This document shows, piece by piece, positions 28,184 to 37,923 of a DNA stretch of 64,000 nucleotides. Every line of letters starts with the position of its first letter. Position 1 is the first letter of the stretch. Both the position numbers and the translations under genes were made by a program. Origin of the DNA: Acidobacteriota bacterium (GTDB lineage Bacteria > Acidobacteriota > UBA6911 > RPQK01 > CBDFMZ01); NCBI GenBank assembly GCA_965249865.1, contig CBDFMZ010000001.1, forward strand, positions 704,415-768,414. Reading direction: 5' to 3'. The notes beneath the pieces were generated by a model that saw only the letters and a list, made by a program, of their open reading frames with translations, searched no databases and had not been told where the DNA came from.

Positions 28184-30649
28184 ATGGAATCTGTCGGCCA
28201 CGCCGACTACAATGTGAACCGTAAAAAGTGGAACTGCATCCCAAGGTTGAAGAGGTATTTTGTGTTTAAAAAGGGCCTGTTCGTTTCTGTCTTAGGTCTA
28301 CTGTCGGTTGTAGCGGCGGACCTTGTCACTGCTGCTGCACCGAGCGTGGAGATCTACACCCGAAACGGGAAAGGCACGAATCAAGATCCTGCCAAATCGA
28401 ACGCCTGGTTTAGTCCAAGGGCCAGGATCAATGGGACGGATGGGGAGCTTTTGGGCGGATATACTTTTCGCTGGAGATCCGAACCGCCCATGGTTTTTCT
28501 TGGTACGGATACGTGCTGTGCCCGGTTTCTTCTCCCAGAGGGTTGGGAAACGCTCACCGAATTCACAATTGTTCTTGAATTGGTCACTACCTCGAGGACG
28601 ACGATCCACACGCAATCCTTTTGGGCAAAGGAGGAATCCGGTGATGGAGGAGGTGAGTTGACACTCCCCTCCAACGTAGTAGCGCAGGTCAGCCCAGAAA
28701 TAGCGAGTTTAGGCGGTATCTTTTCCTTGACGGGTTCAGCTAGCGGGACAGTGGACCAATGGGCTTGGCTGGTGAGCAACACTTCGACAGACAAAGGGCT
28801 TGTCGTTAGAACGACGCAGAATGCTTCCTATCCGGCACCTCAGTATAGTACCAACCTTTACTTCACCCTGGAGGCTTCCAACAGCTTAGGGACCACTCCT
28901 AGCCTTCAGGTCAAGGTTGAGACCCGTGAGGAGAGTGATTCGAGTACGCCGAAAACGTGCAACGACTGCGCCACGGGTAATTCTCCCCAGGTGGATGCTG
29001 GTTCTATCAGTGAAACTATTCAGGGGGGACAGGTGCTCGCCCTGAATGGTAGCTGTATTGACCGTAATTCATATGGGGGGGCGGTCTCACCTGTCTCTCG
29101 AACCTTCCTGTGGGAGATCATCAATGACCAGGGATTGACGAGCTCGGGGTTGAAAATTGACAGTGCGGACGAACAAAATGCTTTCCTGGTGACGCCTTCG
29201 GTGGATGAGGATAAGCCACCTATTGAGATTCGGTTCAGCTGCATAGTCAACAGTTGTCCCTGCGAGGATTTGATTCTGGTGACTCTGAACAAGGACGCGC
29301 CAAGCCAAGTGGATGCCAGGCTGCAATACGGGGTGGGAGCCGATGGCGGCTTGATCGATGCCCCGGAGCAGCTAGTCGAGGTGTATTCTGCAGTTGAAAT
29401 CATTCTTGAAGCGAGTGGTAGCATTGGGGACAACTTGAGTGACGCGAACTTCGAGTGGACAAAGCAGGAAAATATCACCAGTGAACAGGGAGGAGTCGTC
29501 CTTGTCAAAAATGGCATGACTGCCACGCTGGTGCTTTCAGGAGGTACTGAGGGGACAATCACAGTCATAATCACGGTGACGCAAGGTAGTTCCACTTCGA
29601 GCAAATCAATAACTTTTAACGTTAGTGCTTCCACTCAACAGCCTTTAGCCCAGGTTCAGGTTTTCGTACAGGGTCGGGAAGTCCCTGAAGACGTCCCTTC
29701 GCCAATCGAAGTCGCAGAAGGTGTGTTGGTGGTCTTGGATGGTTCTGACAGTTCTTATCCGAATGGAAGTAAGCCCAATTTGACCTTCGACTGGCAGCAA
29801 GTTGGAGGAACACCCGTGAATCTGATTGGGCTCGATCAGGACCAGGCACGATTCATCGCACCGGATGCGAATGGTGAGGAGGGAATTCTTAAGTTACAGC
29901 TTACGGTGCATGATGGGGAGATCAGCTCCGAGCCGGAGTTGGTGGAGATTCGAGTGGTAATCGCACCTTTCTATTTTGCTCAAGTCGGAGTGGGTCCTGT
30001 GGATACTGAGTACGAGTTTCGGACAGTTTTGTTGTTGGTGAACAACACAGACCAGTTGGCGGAGAACGTTTTGGTTGAGTTCACCGACTGGACGGGTGTG
30101 CCTTTGGAAACGACGGTTAATGAGCAAGCTTGGGAGAATGCTCCGTTTGAAATCAATTCTCTCTCCTTTGCGCGGCTGGAGCTTCGAGGAGATACTCTTC
30201 AAGAAGGTTGGGCTTGTGTGAAGTCCGCTGTGGAATTGACCGGTTTGGTACTCTTCCAGGTCGTTGAAAGCATGTCTGGAAAGGTAGACCGGGAGGTAGC
30301 CATCTTCGAATCGCCCAGTGCCACAGGATTTGTGACCTACTTTAATCGGTTGGAACAAACAGTCGCTGCCATCGCCAATCCGGGAGAGCAAGTAGCAACG
30401 GTAAGGCTAACGATTAGCGATACAATTCTGGGCGAAGTGAAATCTAAACTTCTAGAGATTGGGTCTAGAGAGCACGTAGCCGAATTTTTGAATGAGGATT
30501 TCTTTGGGGAATTCCTTGAGGGCTTTGAACAGGGGACGCTCGTAATAGAGTCTGACTTGCCCGTGATTGTGACCATTCTGAAGACCGAAAAGGGGCTTGT
30601 GTGGTCTACGACGCCGATAGGCATCATTCGCCCGCAATTTCTTCTCTAG
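28184..30649 (+). CDS. large secreted protein with PKD/Ig-like repeat domains
   Basis: 821 aa from ATG 28184 (the listed 28070 TTG extension looks spurious); signal peptide VFKKGLFVSVLGLLSVVAA; PKD-like segment VVLDGSDSSYPNGSKPNLTFDWQQVGGTPVNL...ARFIAPD...LKLQLTVHDGE; Thr/Ser/Val-rich beta composition. Confidence 0.55.
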   Translation: MESVGHADYNVNRKKWNCIPRLKRYFVFKKGLFVSVLGLLSVVAADLVTAAAPSVEIYTRNGKGTNQDPAKSNAWFSPRARINGTDGELLGGYTFRWRSEPPMVFLGTDTCCARFLLPEGWETLTEFTIVLELVTTSRTTIHTQSFWAKEESGDGGGELTLPSNVVAQVSPEIASLGGIFSLTGSASGTVDQWAWLVSNTSTDKGLVVRTTQNASYPAPQYSTNLYFTLEASNSLGTTPSLQVKVETREESDSSTPKTCNDCATGNSPQVDAGSISETIQGGQVLALNGSCIDRNSYGGAVSPVSRTFLWEIINDQGLTSSGLKIDSADEQNAFLVTPSVDEDKPPIEIRFSCIVNSCPCEDLILVTLNKDAPSQVDARLQYGVGADGGLIDAPEQLVEVYSAVEIILEASGSIGDNLSDANFEWTKQENITSEQGGVVLVKNGMTATLVLSGGTEGTITVIITVTQGSSTSSKSITFNVSASTQQPLAQVQVFVQGREVPEDVPSPIEVAEGVLVVLDGSDSSYPNGSKPNLTFDWQQVGGTPVNLIGLDQDQARFIAPDANGEEGILKLQLTVHDGEISSEPELVEIRVVIAPFYFAQVGVGPVDTEYEFRTVLLLVNNTDQLAENVLVEFTDWTGVPLETTVNEQAWENAPFEINSLSFARLELRGDTLQEGWACVKSAVELTGLVLFQVVESMSGKVDREVAIFESPSATGFVTYFNRLEQTVAAIANPGEQVATVRLTISDTILGEVKSKLLEIGSREHVAEFLNEDFFGEFLEGFEQGTLVIESDLPVIVTILKTEKGLVWSTTPIGIIRPQFLL

Positions 30650-30756
30650 CCGCTGATTTTTATGGCGGCTATCGCGCAGCGCATGGAGAATACCCAGCTT
30701 CGCTACAAGGATTTGGTGGCATAGTTGTGGCGACAACACCCTTCCAGGACTAAGAA

Positions 30757-33081
30757 ATGACGGACAAAAAGCGCCAAACGGACCCAAAGGAATCCGCGAC
30801 GCGGAAGAGGATCGATATTATCCTCAACAACCTCAAATGGAATACTAATGAGTCGTCCCCACATTGCAACGTCTTCACGGAGCGGGCCAAAACTTCTGAG
30901 CAGCACCGCGCACTCCGAGGACGGCACCCAGACTATGTTCTCTATCGGTCCGGGACCGACACGCCGATTGCAGTCATTGAGGCGAAACGCTCCGGTCAGA
31001 GCCTCGAAAAGGCACGCAAAAAGGCCATCCTATATTATTCCACGCCCTTGAAGGTGCAGATCGTCTTCCTGGCCGATGGGTCACTCATCGAAACCTTCGA
31101 CCGACGAAGCGGACGAGCGCTGCTCGACGATGGTGAGCCGATCACGTCATTGCTCTCAGAGAAGCAATTGCTCCGCTTTGTGGAAGAAGGACCTGAAATC
31201 CAAACCCCTCCAGTTGTCCAGCATACGAAGCAGGAATTGATCGCAGTATTTAAGGAAGCGAACGATTTGCTCCGGCGTGAGGGCCTGCGAGAGGGGATCG
31301 AACGCTTCACGGAGTTCTCCAACCTTCTGTTCCTGAAACTCATCAATGAGATTGAGCAGGAGCGCGAGAGTCGAGGCGATCAGAGAATCTTGGAGAAGAA
31401 ATACTGTTGGGATGCCTTCTATCAACGGACGGGTGAAGATATGCTCGACTATATCAACGACACGATTTTACCCCGACTGGTCAATCGGTATAACCATAGT
31501 GGCGACGTGTTCCAGCCGAGGCTCCTAATTTCTTCCCCGAACACGCTCAAGCGAATTGTCGATAAGCTCTCGGCACTCACGTTGGTTGACACTGATTCAG
31601 ACATTAAGGGAGACGCCTTTGAGTATTTCCTGAAGAACTCGATTTCTGTAGGCAATGATCTGGGCGAATACTTTACGCCACGCCATATCGTTAGGCTCAT
31701 GGTTGATCTTGTGGACCCGCGCTTTGGTGAGCTCATCTACGATCCGGCGTGTGGAACAGGTGGTTTTCTGATTCAGGCGTTTCGACATATCAAGAACAAG
31801 GTGCGGCAGACAAAGCCGAATCTCCGGCGACTGAGAGAGCGAACTGTATACGGGCGTGAGCTGACAGGCACCGCTAAGATCGCCAAGATGAACATGATAA
31901 TTATTGGCGATGGGCACACAAACGTTGAGCAGAAGGACAGCCTGAAGCATCCGGTGAGACAAGCCTATGATGTGGTGCTCACGAACTATCCGTTTTCCCA
32001 GGACACCGAGTTTTCCAACTACTACGGGCTCACGACCGAGAGCGCAAACCCGGTGTTTTTGAAGCATGTGATTGATGCGCTCAAAAACGGAGGACGCGCC
32101 GCTGTCGTGGTGCCGGAGGGTTTACTGTTCGATGAAGGGTCTCAGTGCGAGAAGGTTCGCAGAATCCTTCTGGAGACGTGCGGCCTCGAATCGGTCATCA
32201 GCCTCCATCAGTACGCGTTTCGCCCGTATACTGGCCAGCCGACTAGCATACTCGTATTCCATAAAGGGAGTCCTACTCGCAAGGTCTGGTTTTTCGACAT
32301 TCAGGAAGATGGATTTGCCAAAACACTTAGGCTCACAGGTAGACCTACCATCAAGGAGAACGACATTCCACTACTGCGGCAATTGTGGTACGAAAAGTCC
32401 GATTCTGACAGGTCATTTTCCGTTGGGGTTGATTCAATACGCACACATGGTTATAAGCTTACAGCCGATGAGTATCGCGAGACACACGGAAAAGACGGGT
32501 GGGTGCCACTCGGAGGGAATCGTGGCCTGTGCGATCTCGTGATCGGTGGCACACCGTCTCGAAAGAAGCTTCAGTATTTTGGCGGTCCGCATCTATGGGT
32601 CAAGATAGGGGACATATCGAACGCAAACGGCCTGCCTATCACCGAGACGAATGAAACGATTACAGATGAAGGCGTCGATAAATCGAACGTGAAGCTGGTT
32701 CCAAAAGGCACGGTGTTGTTGAGTTTTAAGCTATCTGTCGGCAAGGTAGCGATTGCCGGTTCTGACCTGTATACCAATGAAGCGATTGCCGCGCTGATCC
32801 CTAAAGACAAACGCATACTCCCGAAGTATCTCTATTATTTGCTCCCAAGGCTCGATGGTCTTGGAACTCGGAAGGCCGCGAAGGGCATAACGTCTAGCAA
32901 GGCACGTTTAGCCGAAGTGCTTGTTCCGCTTCCTTCACTCCGCGTTCAGAAAAAACTTATTAAGGAAATGGACGGGCAAGAAGTCCAGATTAGGGCCTAT
33001 GAACAGAAGATTAAGCGGGCAAATGCGAGAGAGGAAACCCTCGTGAATGAACTGACACTCCCGTTGAAAGACAACGCATGA
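30757..33081 (+). CDS. single-chain Type IIG-like restriction-modification enzyme (PD-(D/E)xK nuclease + gamma-class N6-adenine MTase + HsdS-like TRD)
   Basis: 774 aa. N-terminus has HsdR_N-like nuclease motif (HPDYVLY ... IAVIEAKR). Middle has MTase motif I DPACGTGGFL and motif IV TNYPFS. C-terminal about 200 aa resemble a type I specificity-subunit target-recognition domain (..VPKGTVLLSFKLSVGKVAIAG..). Confidence 0.65.
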   Translation: MTDKKRQTDPKESATRKRIDIILNNLKWNTNESSPHCNVFTERAKTSEQHRALRGRHPDYVLYRSGTDTPIAVIEAKRSGQSLEKARKKAILYYSTPLKVQIVFLADGSLIETFDRRSGRALLDDGEPITSLLSEKQLLRFVEEGPEIQTPPVVQHTKQELIAVFKEANDLLRREGLREGIERFTEFSNLLFLKLINEIEQERESRGDQRILEKKYCWDAFYQRTGEDMLDYINDTILPRLVNRYNHSGDVFQPRLLISSPNTLKRIVDKLSALTLVDTDSDIKGDAFEYFLKNSISVGNDLGEYFTPRHIVRLMVDLVDPRFGELIYDPACGTGGFLIQAFRHIKNKVRQTKPNLRRLRERTVYGRELTGTAKIAKMNMIIIGDGHTNVEQKDSLKHPVRQAYDVVLTNYPFSQDTEFSNYYGLTTESANPVFLKHVIDALKNGGRAAVVVPEGLLFDEGSQCEKVRRILLETCGLESVISLHQYAFRPYTGQPTSILVFHKGSPTRKVWFFDIQEDGFAKTLRLTGRPTIKENDIPLLRQLWYEKSDSDRSFSVGVDSIRTHGYKLTADEYRETHGKDGWVPLGGNRGLCDLVIGGTPSRKKLQYFGGPHLWVKIGDISNANGLPITETNETITDEGVDKSNVKLVPKGTVLLSFKLSVGKVAIAGSDLYTNEAIAALIPKDKRILPKYLYYLLPRLDGLGTRKAAKGITSSKARLAEVLVPLPSLRVQKKLIKEMDGQEVQIRAYEQKIKRANAREETLVNELTLPLKDNA

Positions 33082-33374
33082 CTACGACACCTAAGCCAAA
33101 GCAGGGCGAGGTTGCGATAAAGAAACCCAAGACCGTTAAAGAGTACGTCAGAGGCGATGTTCACACCAATGGCATTGAGTCTCTATGGTCCATGCTCAAG
33201 CGCGGATATGTAGGAACCTATCACCAGATGAGCGCGAAGCACGTCCATCGGTACGTTAGAGAGTTCGCCGGTCGGCAGAACCTTCGGGAGTTCGACACCC
33301 TGACGCAGATGGGCCTCCTCGCTAAGGGACTGGACGGAAAGCTCCTCCACTACCGTGATCTGATTGCGGACTGA
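33078..33374 (+). pseudogene. IS1595-family (ISXO2-like) transposase C-terminal remnant
   Basis: From EYVRGDVHTNGIESLWSMLKRGYVGTYHQMSAKHVHRYVREFAGRQNLRE.. about 70% identical to the C-terminus of the full-length transposase at 37924..38958; the N-terminal 250 aa are missing; overlaps the stop of the upstream RM gene by 4 nt. Confidence 0.7.
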
Positions 33375-33454
33375 GGAAAACTTTGTGAAAGTCTTGTTGA
33401 TAAGGTGTTAACTTCTTGTGAATCAACTGTTTACGGACGATTTGTGTTGACGGA

Positions 33455-34303
33455 ATGAGCCAAGCTGCGTATATTCTCCACGTGCCAAAGGTGCCGTCGA
33501 TAGACCCCGTTGTTTCCACGGATTTAGGGAAGCTCTACCAAGCCGATTGCTTGGAAGTCTTGCCGGGGATACGCAGTGATTCGGTCGATGCTGTGTTTGC
33601 CGATCCTCCCTTTAATCTTCGGAAAAACTATGGCGGTCACGTGAAAGACGATAGGAGAGACTATCTCGGGTGGTGTCTCGCATGGTTGGAGGAGTGCGTT
33701 CGCATCTTGCGGCCCGGGGGGTCGGTATTTGTCTACAATCTGCCGAAATGGAACGTGCAGATTGCCGGTGCACTTGAAGGCATGGGGATGGAGTTTCGTC
33801 ATTGGATAGCCGTAGAGCAGAATAACCGCCTCCCGATCCGTGGGCGGCTGTACCCTTCGCACTACTCTCTGATCTACTACTCGAAGGGAAGCCCTAAAAC
33901 ATTTCACCATATCCGTACCCCAATAACCACGTGCCGACATTGCGGGAAGGAACTCAAAGACTATGGGGGCCACCGGAAAGCGATGCACCCGGACGGAGTG
34001 AATCTCAAAGACGTGTGGACCGACATCCCTCCTGTTCGTCATTGGAAGTTCAAGCCGACCACTCGGAACTGCAATTCTCTGAGTACCAAGCTCCTAGAAC
34101 GTGTTATTGAAATCAGCACGGAGCCGGGGGACGTTGTGCTTGATCCGTTTGGAGGAAGCGGAACGACTTACGCTGTATGCGAACAGAAGTCCCGCAAGTG
34201 GATCGGGATAGAAATAGAAGACCTTAGTTCCATCTTGGAGCGCCTGAACGGAGGGGTTTATAACCACTCCAATGATGATGTGGTGGAGTTTTGCCAGTCA
34301 TAA
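33455..34303 (+). CDS. DNA methyltransferase, beta-class (N4-cytosine or N6-adenine; DPPF motif)
   Basis: 282 aa; motif IV FADPPFNL near N-terminus and motif I LDPFGGSGTT near C-terminus (circularly permuted beta-class order). Confidence 0.8.
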   Translation: MSQAAYILHVPKVPSIDPVVSTDLGKLYQADCLEVLPGIRSDSVDAVFADPPFNLRKNYGGHVKDDRRDYLGWCLAWLEECVRILRPGGSVFVYNLPKWNVQIAGALEGMGMEFRHWIAVEQNNRLPIRGRLYPSHYSLIYYSKGSPKTFHHIRTPITTCRHCGKELKDYGGHRKAMHPDGVNLKDVWTDIPPVRHWKFKPTTRNCNSLSTKLLERVIEISTEPGDVVLDPFGGSGTTYAVCEQKSRKWIGIEIEDLSSILERLNGGVYNHSNDDVVEFCQS

Positions 34304-34821
34304 CTGAACGCCAAAGTTTCAACGGGTTTGAAGTAAAGATCCAGCGGCTTAACCTGGAAGAAGTGATCGCCGAAGTATACGAAGCGGTAGAGTCTTTCGA
34401 GCTTCGAGTTGATGAGCGGATACACGCAAACGGGACTCGGTGGATTCGTCAGCAAATCGACACCCACTTTGAACGAGTGGGAGGCTGGGAAAACACCGTT
34501 GTGGGTGGGGTGGATTGGAAGAAGTCAAACTCTCGCGGGAGTACAGTCGCCGTTGAGGTTCAAGTCTCCGGGAGAAGTGACCTGCTTGCGGTGGATGTCT
34601 TGCACCTTGGGCGGGTTCTTACCGGGGGAACTGTTGATGTCGGTTTGATTGTAGTACCTGACGATACCTTGTCAAGATTCCTAACCGACCGGACACCCAA
34701 TCTCAGAACAGCATTGAGGCACATAGACGGGGAAATGGCAGTTCAGATAGTTGCGTTCCGGCATGACGGGGCTGGACCCGCTTTGCCAAAAATGAGAACT
34801 AATCTCGGGAAGGCTCCATGA
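34291..34821 (+). CDS. putative Type II restriction endonuclease partner of upstream MTase
   Basis: 176-aa ORF overlapping the MTase stop by 13 nt; no recognisable family, assignment by context; contains acidic/lysine candidates (VEVQVSGRSD..). Confidence 0.35.
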   Translation: MPVITERQSFNGFEVKIQRLNLEEVIAEVYEAVESFELRVDERIHANGTRWIRQQIDTHFERVGGWENTVVGGVDWKKSNSRGSTVAVEVQVSGRSDLLAVDVLHLGRVLTGGTVDVGLIVVPDDTLSRFLTDRTPNLRTALRHIDGEMAVQIVAFRHDGAGPALPKMRTNLGKAP

Positions 34822-34991
34822 AAGACCGAACGAAGCCCAAACGCAAGCCTGGCCGTCCCTCCAAGCCTATCCCTAAGCTGGATGCTACGCCGGAGGAAAT
34901 AGCCAGGAGAATCTTTGAAAACGCCAAGCCCCCGGACCCGTCAATTCGAGTCAGGAACAAACCGGAGAAATTAGGAGGGTTGGCTAGTTAG
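34818..34991 (+). CDS. small basic protein (57 aa), AT-hook-like GRP motif
   Basis: MKDRTKPKRKPGRPSKPIPKLDATPEEIARRIFENAK..; ATG overlaps the upstream stop (atga); ends at the inverted-repeat junction. Confidence 0.35.
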   Translation: MKDRTKPKRKPGRPSKPIPKLDATPEEIARRIFENAKPPDPSIRVRNKPEKLGGLAS

Positions 34992-35040
34992 GTATGTAAT
35001 CCCCTTCGTTTAGGGGATTATATACTAAAGTAGCGAAGCA
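34980..35040. repeat. two IS1595-type terminal inverted repeats abutting outward-to-outward, 7-bp spacer (ttcgttt)
   Basis: 34980-35004 ttggctagttaggtatgtaatcccc (degenerate, about 17/23 match to the 38961-38989 end, same orientation) and 35012-35040 aggggattatatactaaagtagcgaagca (23/26 match to the reverse complement of 38961-38989). Confidence 0.6.
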
Positions 35041-35046
35041 CCTGAC

Positions 35047-35223
35047 TCACTTTGACTCCTTCTCAGGCATGACCTTGCGAATCCTCACAGGTTTTACCAG
35101 TGCCTGAATCGCTTCCTTGAAGGTGCCCTTGATCCGCAAGTCTTCGCGCAGTTCCGCACGGCTCGGTTGGTAGTCGTGAGAGACGATCTCGACCGTTGGA
35201 GTCTTGTCTTGCTTCTTTGTCAT
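35047..35223 (-). CDS. small hypothetical protein (58 aa) downstream of Type IIG gene
   Basis: MTKKQDKTPTVEIVSHDYQPSRAELREDLRIKGTFKEAIQALVKPVRIRKVMPEKESK; 24 bp after the Type IIG stop, same strand. Confidence 0.3.
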   Translation of the reverse strand: MTKKQDKTPTVEIVSHDYQPSRAELREDLRIKGTFKEAIQALVKPVRIRKVMPEKESK

Positions 35224-35247
35224 CACATCCTCCTCAGAGTTCGATCA

Positions 35248-37914
35248 TCATACTGACGACAGTACATGAGCGAGCGAGTCCGACACTGCATCAGCTTCCT
35301 GCCTCAATGACGTCGATCTATCCAATTGCTCTAACGCAACGTCAACGGACGCCTTCTGTTCATGCTTGTCGGGTGGATACAAAATTCTGAGTGCTTTAAT
35401 GGCCGGATAGTCCAATGCCAACCGAGACGATCCTGTAACCGCTCGATTGAATTGTGACCGGCATAAGTCGGAATTAAGAAACAGGCACAGATACTCCGGC
35501 ATGATCTCATTGTTAACTTCTATCTTTACAGAGTGTTGATTGATGTTCGCAGGCGGGAATCCTTTCTGGACCACTGCCGCGATTCCGTAGGTTCCTGTAA
35601 TCGTCAACACGACGTCTGATTCGCACAACTGCGACCTGCGCAGCGCGTCATGTGTCCTTGTTCCAATACACGGATCGTCTTCTGGGCTCCATTCCAGTCT
35701 CATCGGCTTTACGTTCTGGACCCGCACAAACTTTGGGCCGTCGTCAGGATACGATGCGCCGCGCGGAGTTGCTCCACCAGCCAGAGCGGTCTTGCTGCTC
35801 TTACGAAGCAATTCCCCGAGTGGCTTGATGAACCATGCACGCTTGGATGCCACTTCGTCCAGCGTATCCATTGTGTCGAAGTAGCGCGGATCGAAGAAGT
35901 GCGCGTCAAGTCGAAGCGTTGGATTGTGTGAGCGAAGGTCTGGCACGAGAAACGCCCGGTCCTTCCCGCGCAACTTTCCAGTAGAATCGAAATTCTCGAA
36001 CTCCTCCAGGATCTGCGGCAACTCATTGAGGTGTGGACGCTCCTTTCCTGAATCGCTATGCCCAACGTTCTTGCAAATGGCCATGAAAACATCAGCCTGG
36101 GGTTCCGATGGATCTGTCTTCTTCCGTAAGTAGATCACTGACGTCCTGACTGAGCCTTGTGCCTTGACGAACGTGTTACGCGGAAGCGAGATGACTGCAC
36201 GCAGAACAAACTTCGCCAGAATATATTCACGAAACGGTCTTGACGTTAGTGTGTTGAGGACGCTTTCGTCCATTATGGTGACTAAGCGACCCGCGCCCAG
36301 GTCAGAATCTCCACCTGTTAGTAGATCATGGTAGCGTTCGAGGAACATCACCGATGAACGCAGAGATGCCCGTGGCTTTCCATCCTCGTCTGTTGCTAGC
36401 GCATAGTCACTAAGTACCGAGAGTTCGCTTGGCTCCTTCCGTTCGTACGTCATAGAGAACGGTGGATTGCTGAGAACGCAGGAAAAAGTTGTCTTCCCGG
36501 TCGTGATCTCAGATCGCAGTTCGTCGATTTCAAGTTGCATTGGAAGCGGCAGTCCGTCCTCGGTGAGGAGGCGCTTATCTAGGGCGTCAGCAAAGTAGAT
36601 GCGACTTCCACCGTCCTTGTGCAGCAACATATTCAGGCGAGCTATACGCGCCATTTTCGGATCCTTGCCGGCATCAATGCCCCACAACATTCCTTGCCGC
36701 AGTCGCCGGAGTAGCTTTGCCTTCTCTGCCTTGGTAATCGATTTGCTTCTGAGCACCTTCCCTGTCATTTCGGCCATGGCTTCGATGAGGAAACCGCCGC
36801 TGCCGCAGCAGCCGTCCAAAACCAAATCCATCTTGGCCTTTGAGGCCCGCAATTTCGCAAGTTGCACCATGAACTTAACAACCGCGCGGGGTGTAAAAAA
36901 CTGCCCTAATGCCTTACCACGCATTGTTGCGGTGAGAAACGTTTCGAACAAGCGGCCGTTCAAATCCTCATCGACAGTGTAGAGGTCAAGGTGCTCAAGG
37001 AATAAAACCGCAGCCTTCACAGTCAGAGGCGCTAGTTGAATGCCCTCACCGGGCTCAAATATCCGCTTCTTTTCACCTTTTGCGATCTGAGCCTCAAGTT
37101 GCTTTGCGAGTTGAGCGAAAAGGATCGTATCGATGGGGTTGTCCGTCGTACTTTCCATCTGCTCAATCCAATCAACAGAAAAGCGAACCGCATCGGCTGG
37201 CACGGCCTCCGCCCCGGCTTCGATCTTGTTTTCAATCAAATACTCACGGAGGCGACGGTCTTCGTCGATCTTCACAAACATGACCTTGGCGAACTCGTAA
37301 AACGCAGAGGCGGGGCTTCGCTTTTCGGCTTTCCAGATCCTCCGATGGCAAGACTCGAAGATAGCCGGAAGCTCCACAGGTGCAACAGAGCGAAAATCGA
37401 AGGTGTTCCCCTTCGTGCCTTGACCTGTAGGGATCTCAGTCAACGAATCGCGGGCTATAGCTGAACAAAGGGCCTCAAACACGGGATGCCCATCAACAAG
37501 TTCAGCGAACGCCAGTGAATGCATCACTTTGTCGCTATCGTAGTGCTTGACGACCAACCGATGCCCGTTGATGCCCATGCAATACTGCTCGGGCTTCGGC
37601 TCCGACATTCGTCGGCGAATCACTGAGGCGTAGAGCTGCGCATCGTGGACTCCAGCTTCAGCGCTTTCATTGGGGTGTTTGGCGTCAATAATCAGAACAG
37701 GCTTGACCCTGGCGCGCACTGTATAGGCAAGGTAATCAGGAACGTATCCTCTATTCTTCTTCCTTCCCTTGCCTATTGATACCGCATCGATAGAGGCTTT
37801 GGTTTCAAGATAGTCTGCCCCGTACCCAAGATGTGCCAGTAGGGGCGCAACCAGAAACTGTTCGACATCGCTCTCGTTCCGAAGATTCTTGAGCTTGCAG
37901 AACAAATTCAACAT
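35248..37914 (-). CDS. single-chain Type IIG-like restriction-modification enzyme, second paralogue (nuclease + MTase + TRD)
   Basis: 888 aa. N-terminal PD-(D/E)xK (VPDYLAY ... VLIIDAKH), MTase motif I LDGCCGSGGFL and motif IV SNPPFS, C-terminal HsdS-like TRD; same architecture as 30757..33081 but divergent sequence. Confidence 0.65.
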   Translation of the reverse strand: MLNLFCKLKNLRNESDVEQFLVAPLLAHLGYGADYLETKASIDAVSIGKGRKKNRGYVPDYLAYTVRARVKPVLIIDAKHPNESAEAGVHDAQLYASVIRRRMSEPKPEQYCMGINGHRLVVKHYDSDKVMHSLAFAELVDGHPVFEALCSAIARDSLTEIPTGQGTKGNTFDFRSVAPVELPAIFESCHRRIWKAEKRSPASAFYEFAKVMFVKIDEDRRLREYLIENKIEAGAEAVPADAVRFSVDWIEQMESTTDNPIDTILFAQLAKQLEAQIAKGEKKRIFEPGEGIQLAPLTVKAAVLFLEHLDLYTVDEDLNGRLFETFLTATMRGKALGQFFTPRAVVKFMVQLAKLRASKAKMDLVLDGCCGSGGFLIEAMAEMTGKVLRSKSITKAEKAKLLRRLRQGMLWGIDAGKDPKMARIARLNMLLHKDGGSRIYFADALDKRLLTEDGLPLPMQLEIDELRSEITTGKTTFSCVLSNPPFSMTYERKEPSELSVLSDYALATDEDGKPRASLRSSVMFLERYHDLLTGGDSDLGAGRLVTIMDESVLNTLTSRPFREYILAKFVLRAVISLPRNTFVKAQGSVRTSVIYLRKKTDPSEPQADVFMAICKNVGHSDSGKERPHLNELPQILEEFENFDSTGKLRGKDRAFLVPDLRSHNPTLRLDAHFFDPRYFDTMDTLDEVASKRAWFIKPLGELLRKSSKTALAGGATPRGASYPDDGPKFVRVQNVKPMRLEWSPEDDPCIGTRTHDALRRSQLCESDVVLTITGTYGIAAVVQKGFPPANINQHSVKIEVNNEIMPEYLCLFLNSDLCRSQFNRAVTGSSRLALDYPAIKALRILYPPDKHEQKASVDVALEQLDRSTSLRQEADAVSDSLAHVLSSV

Positions 37915-37923
37915 GTCGATGCC

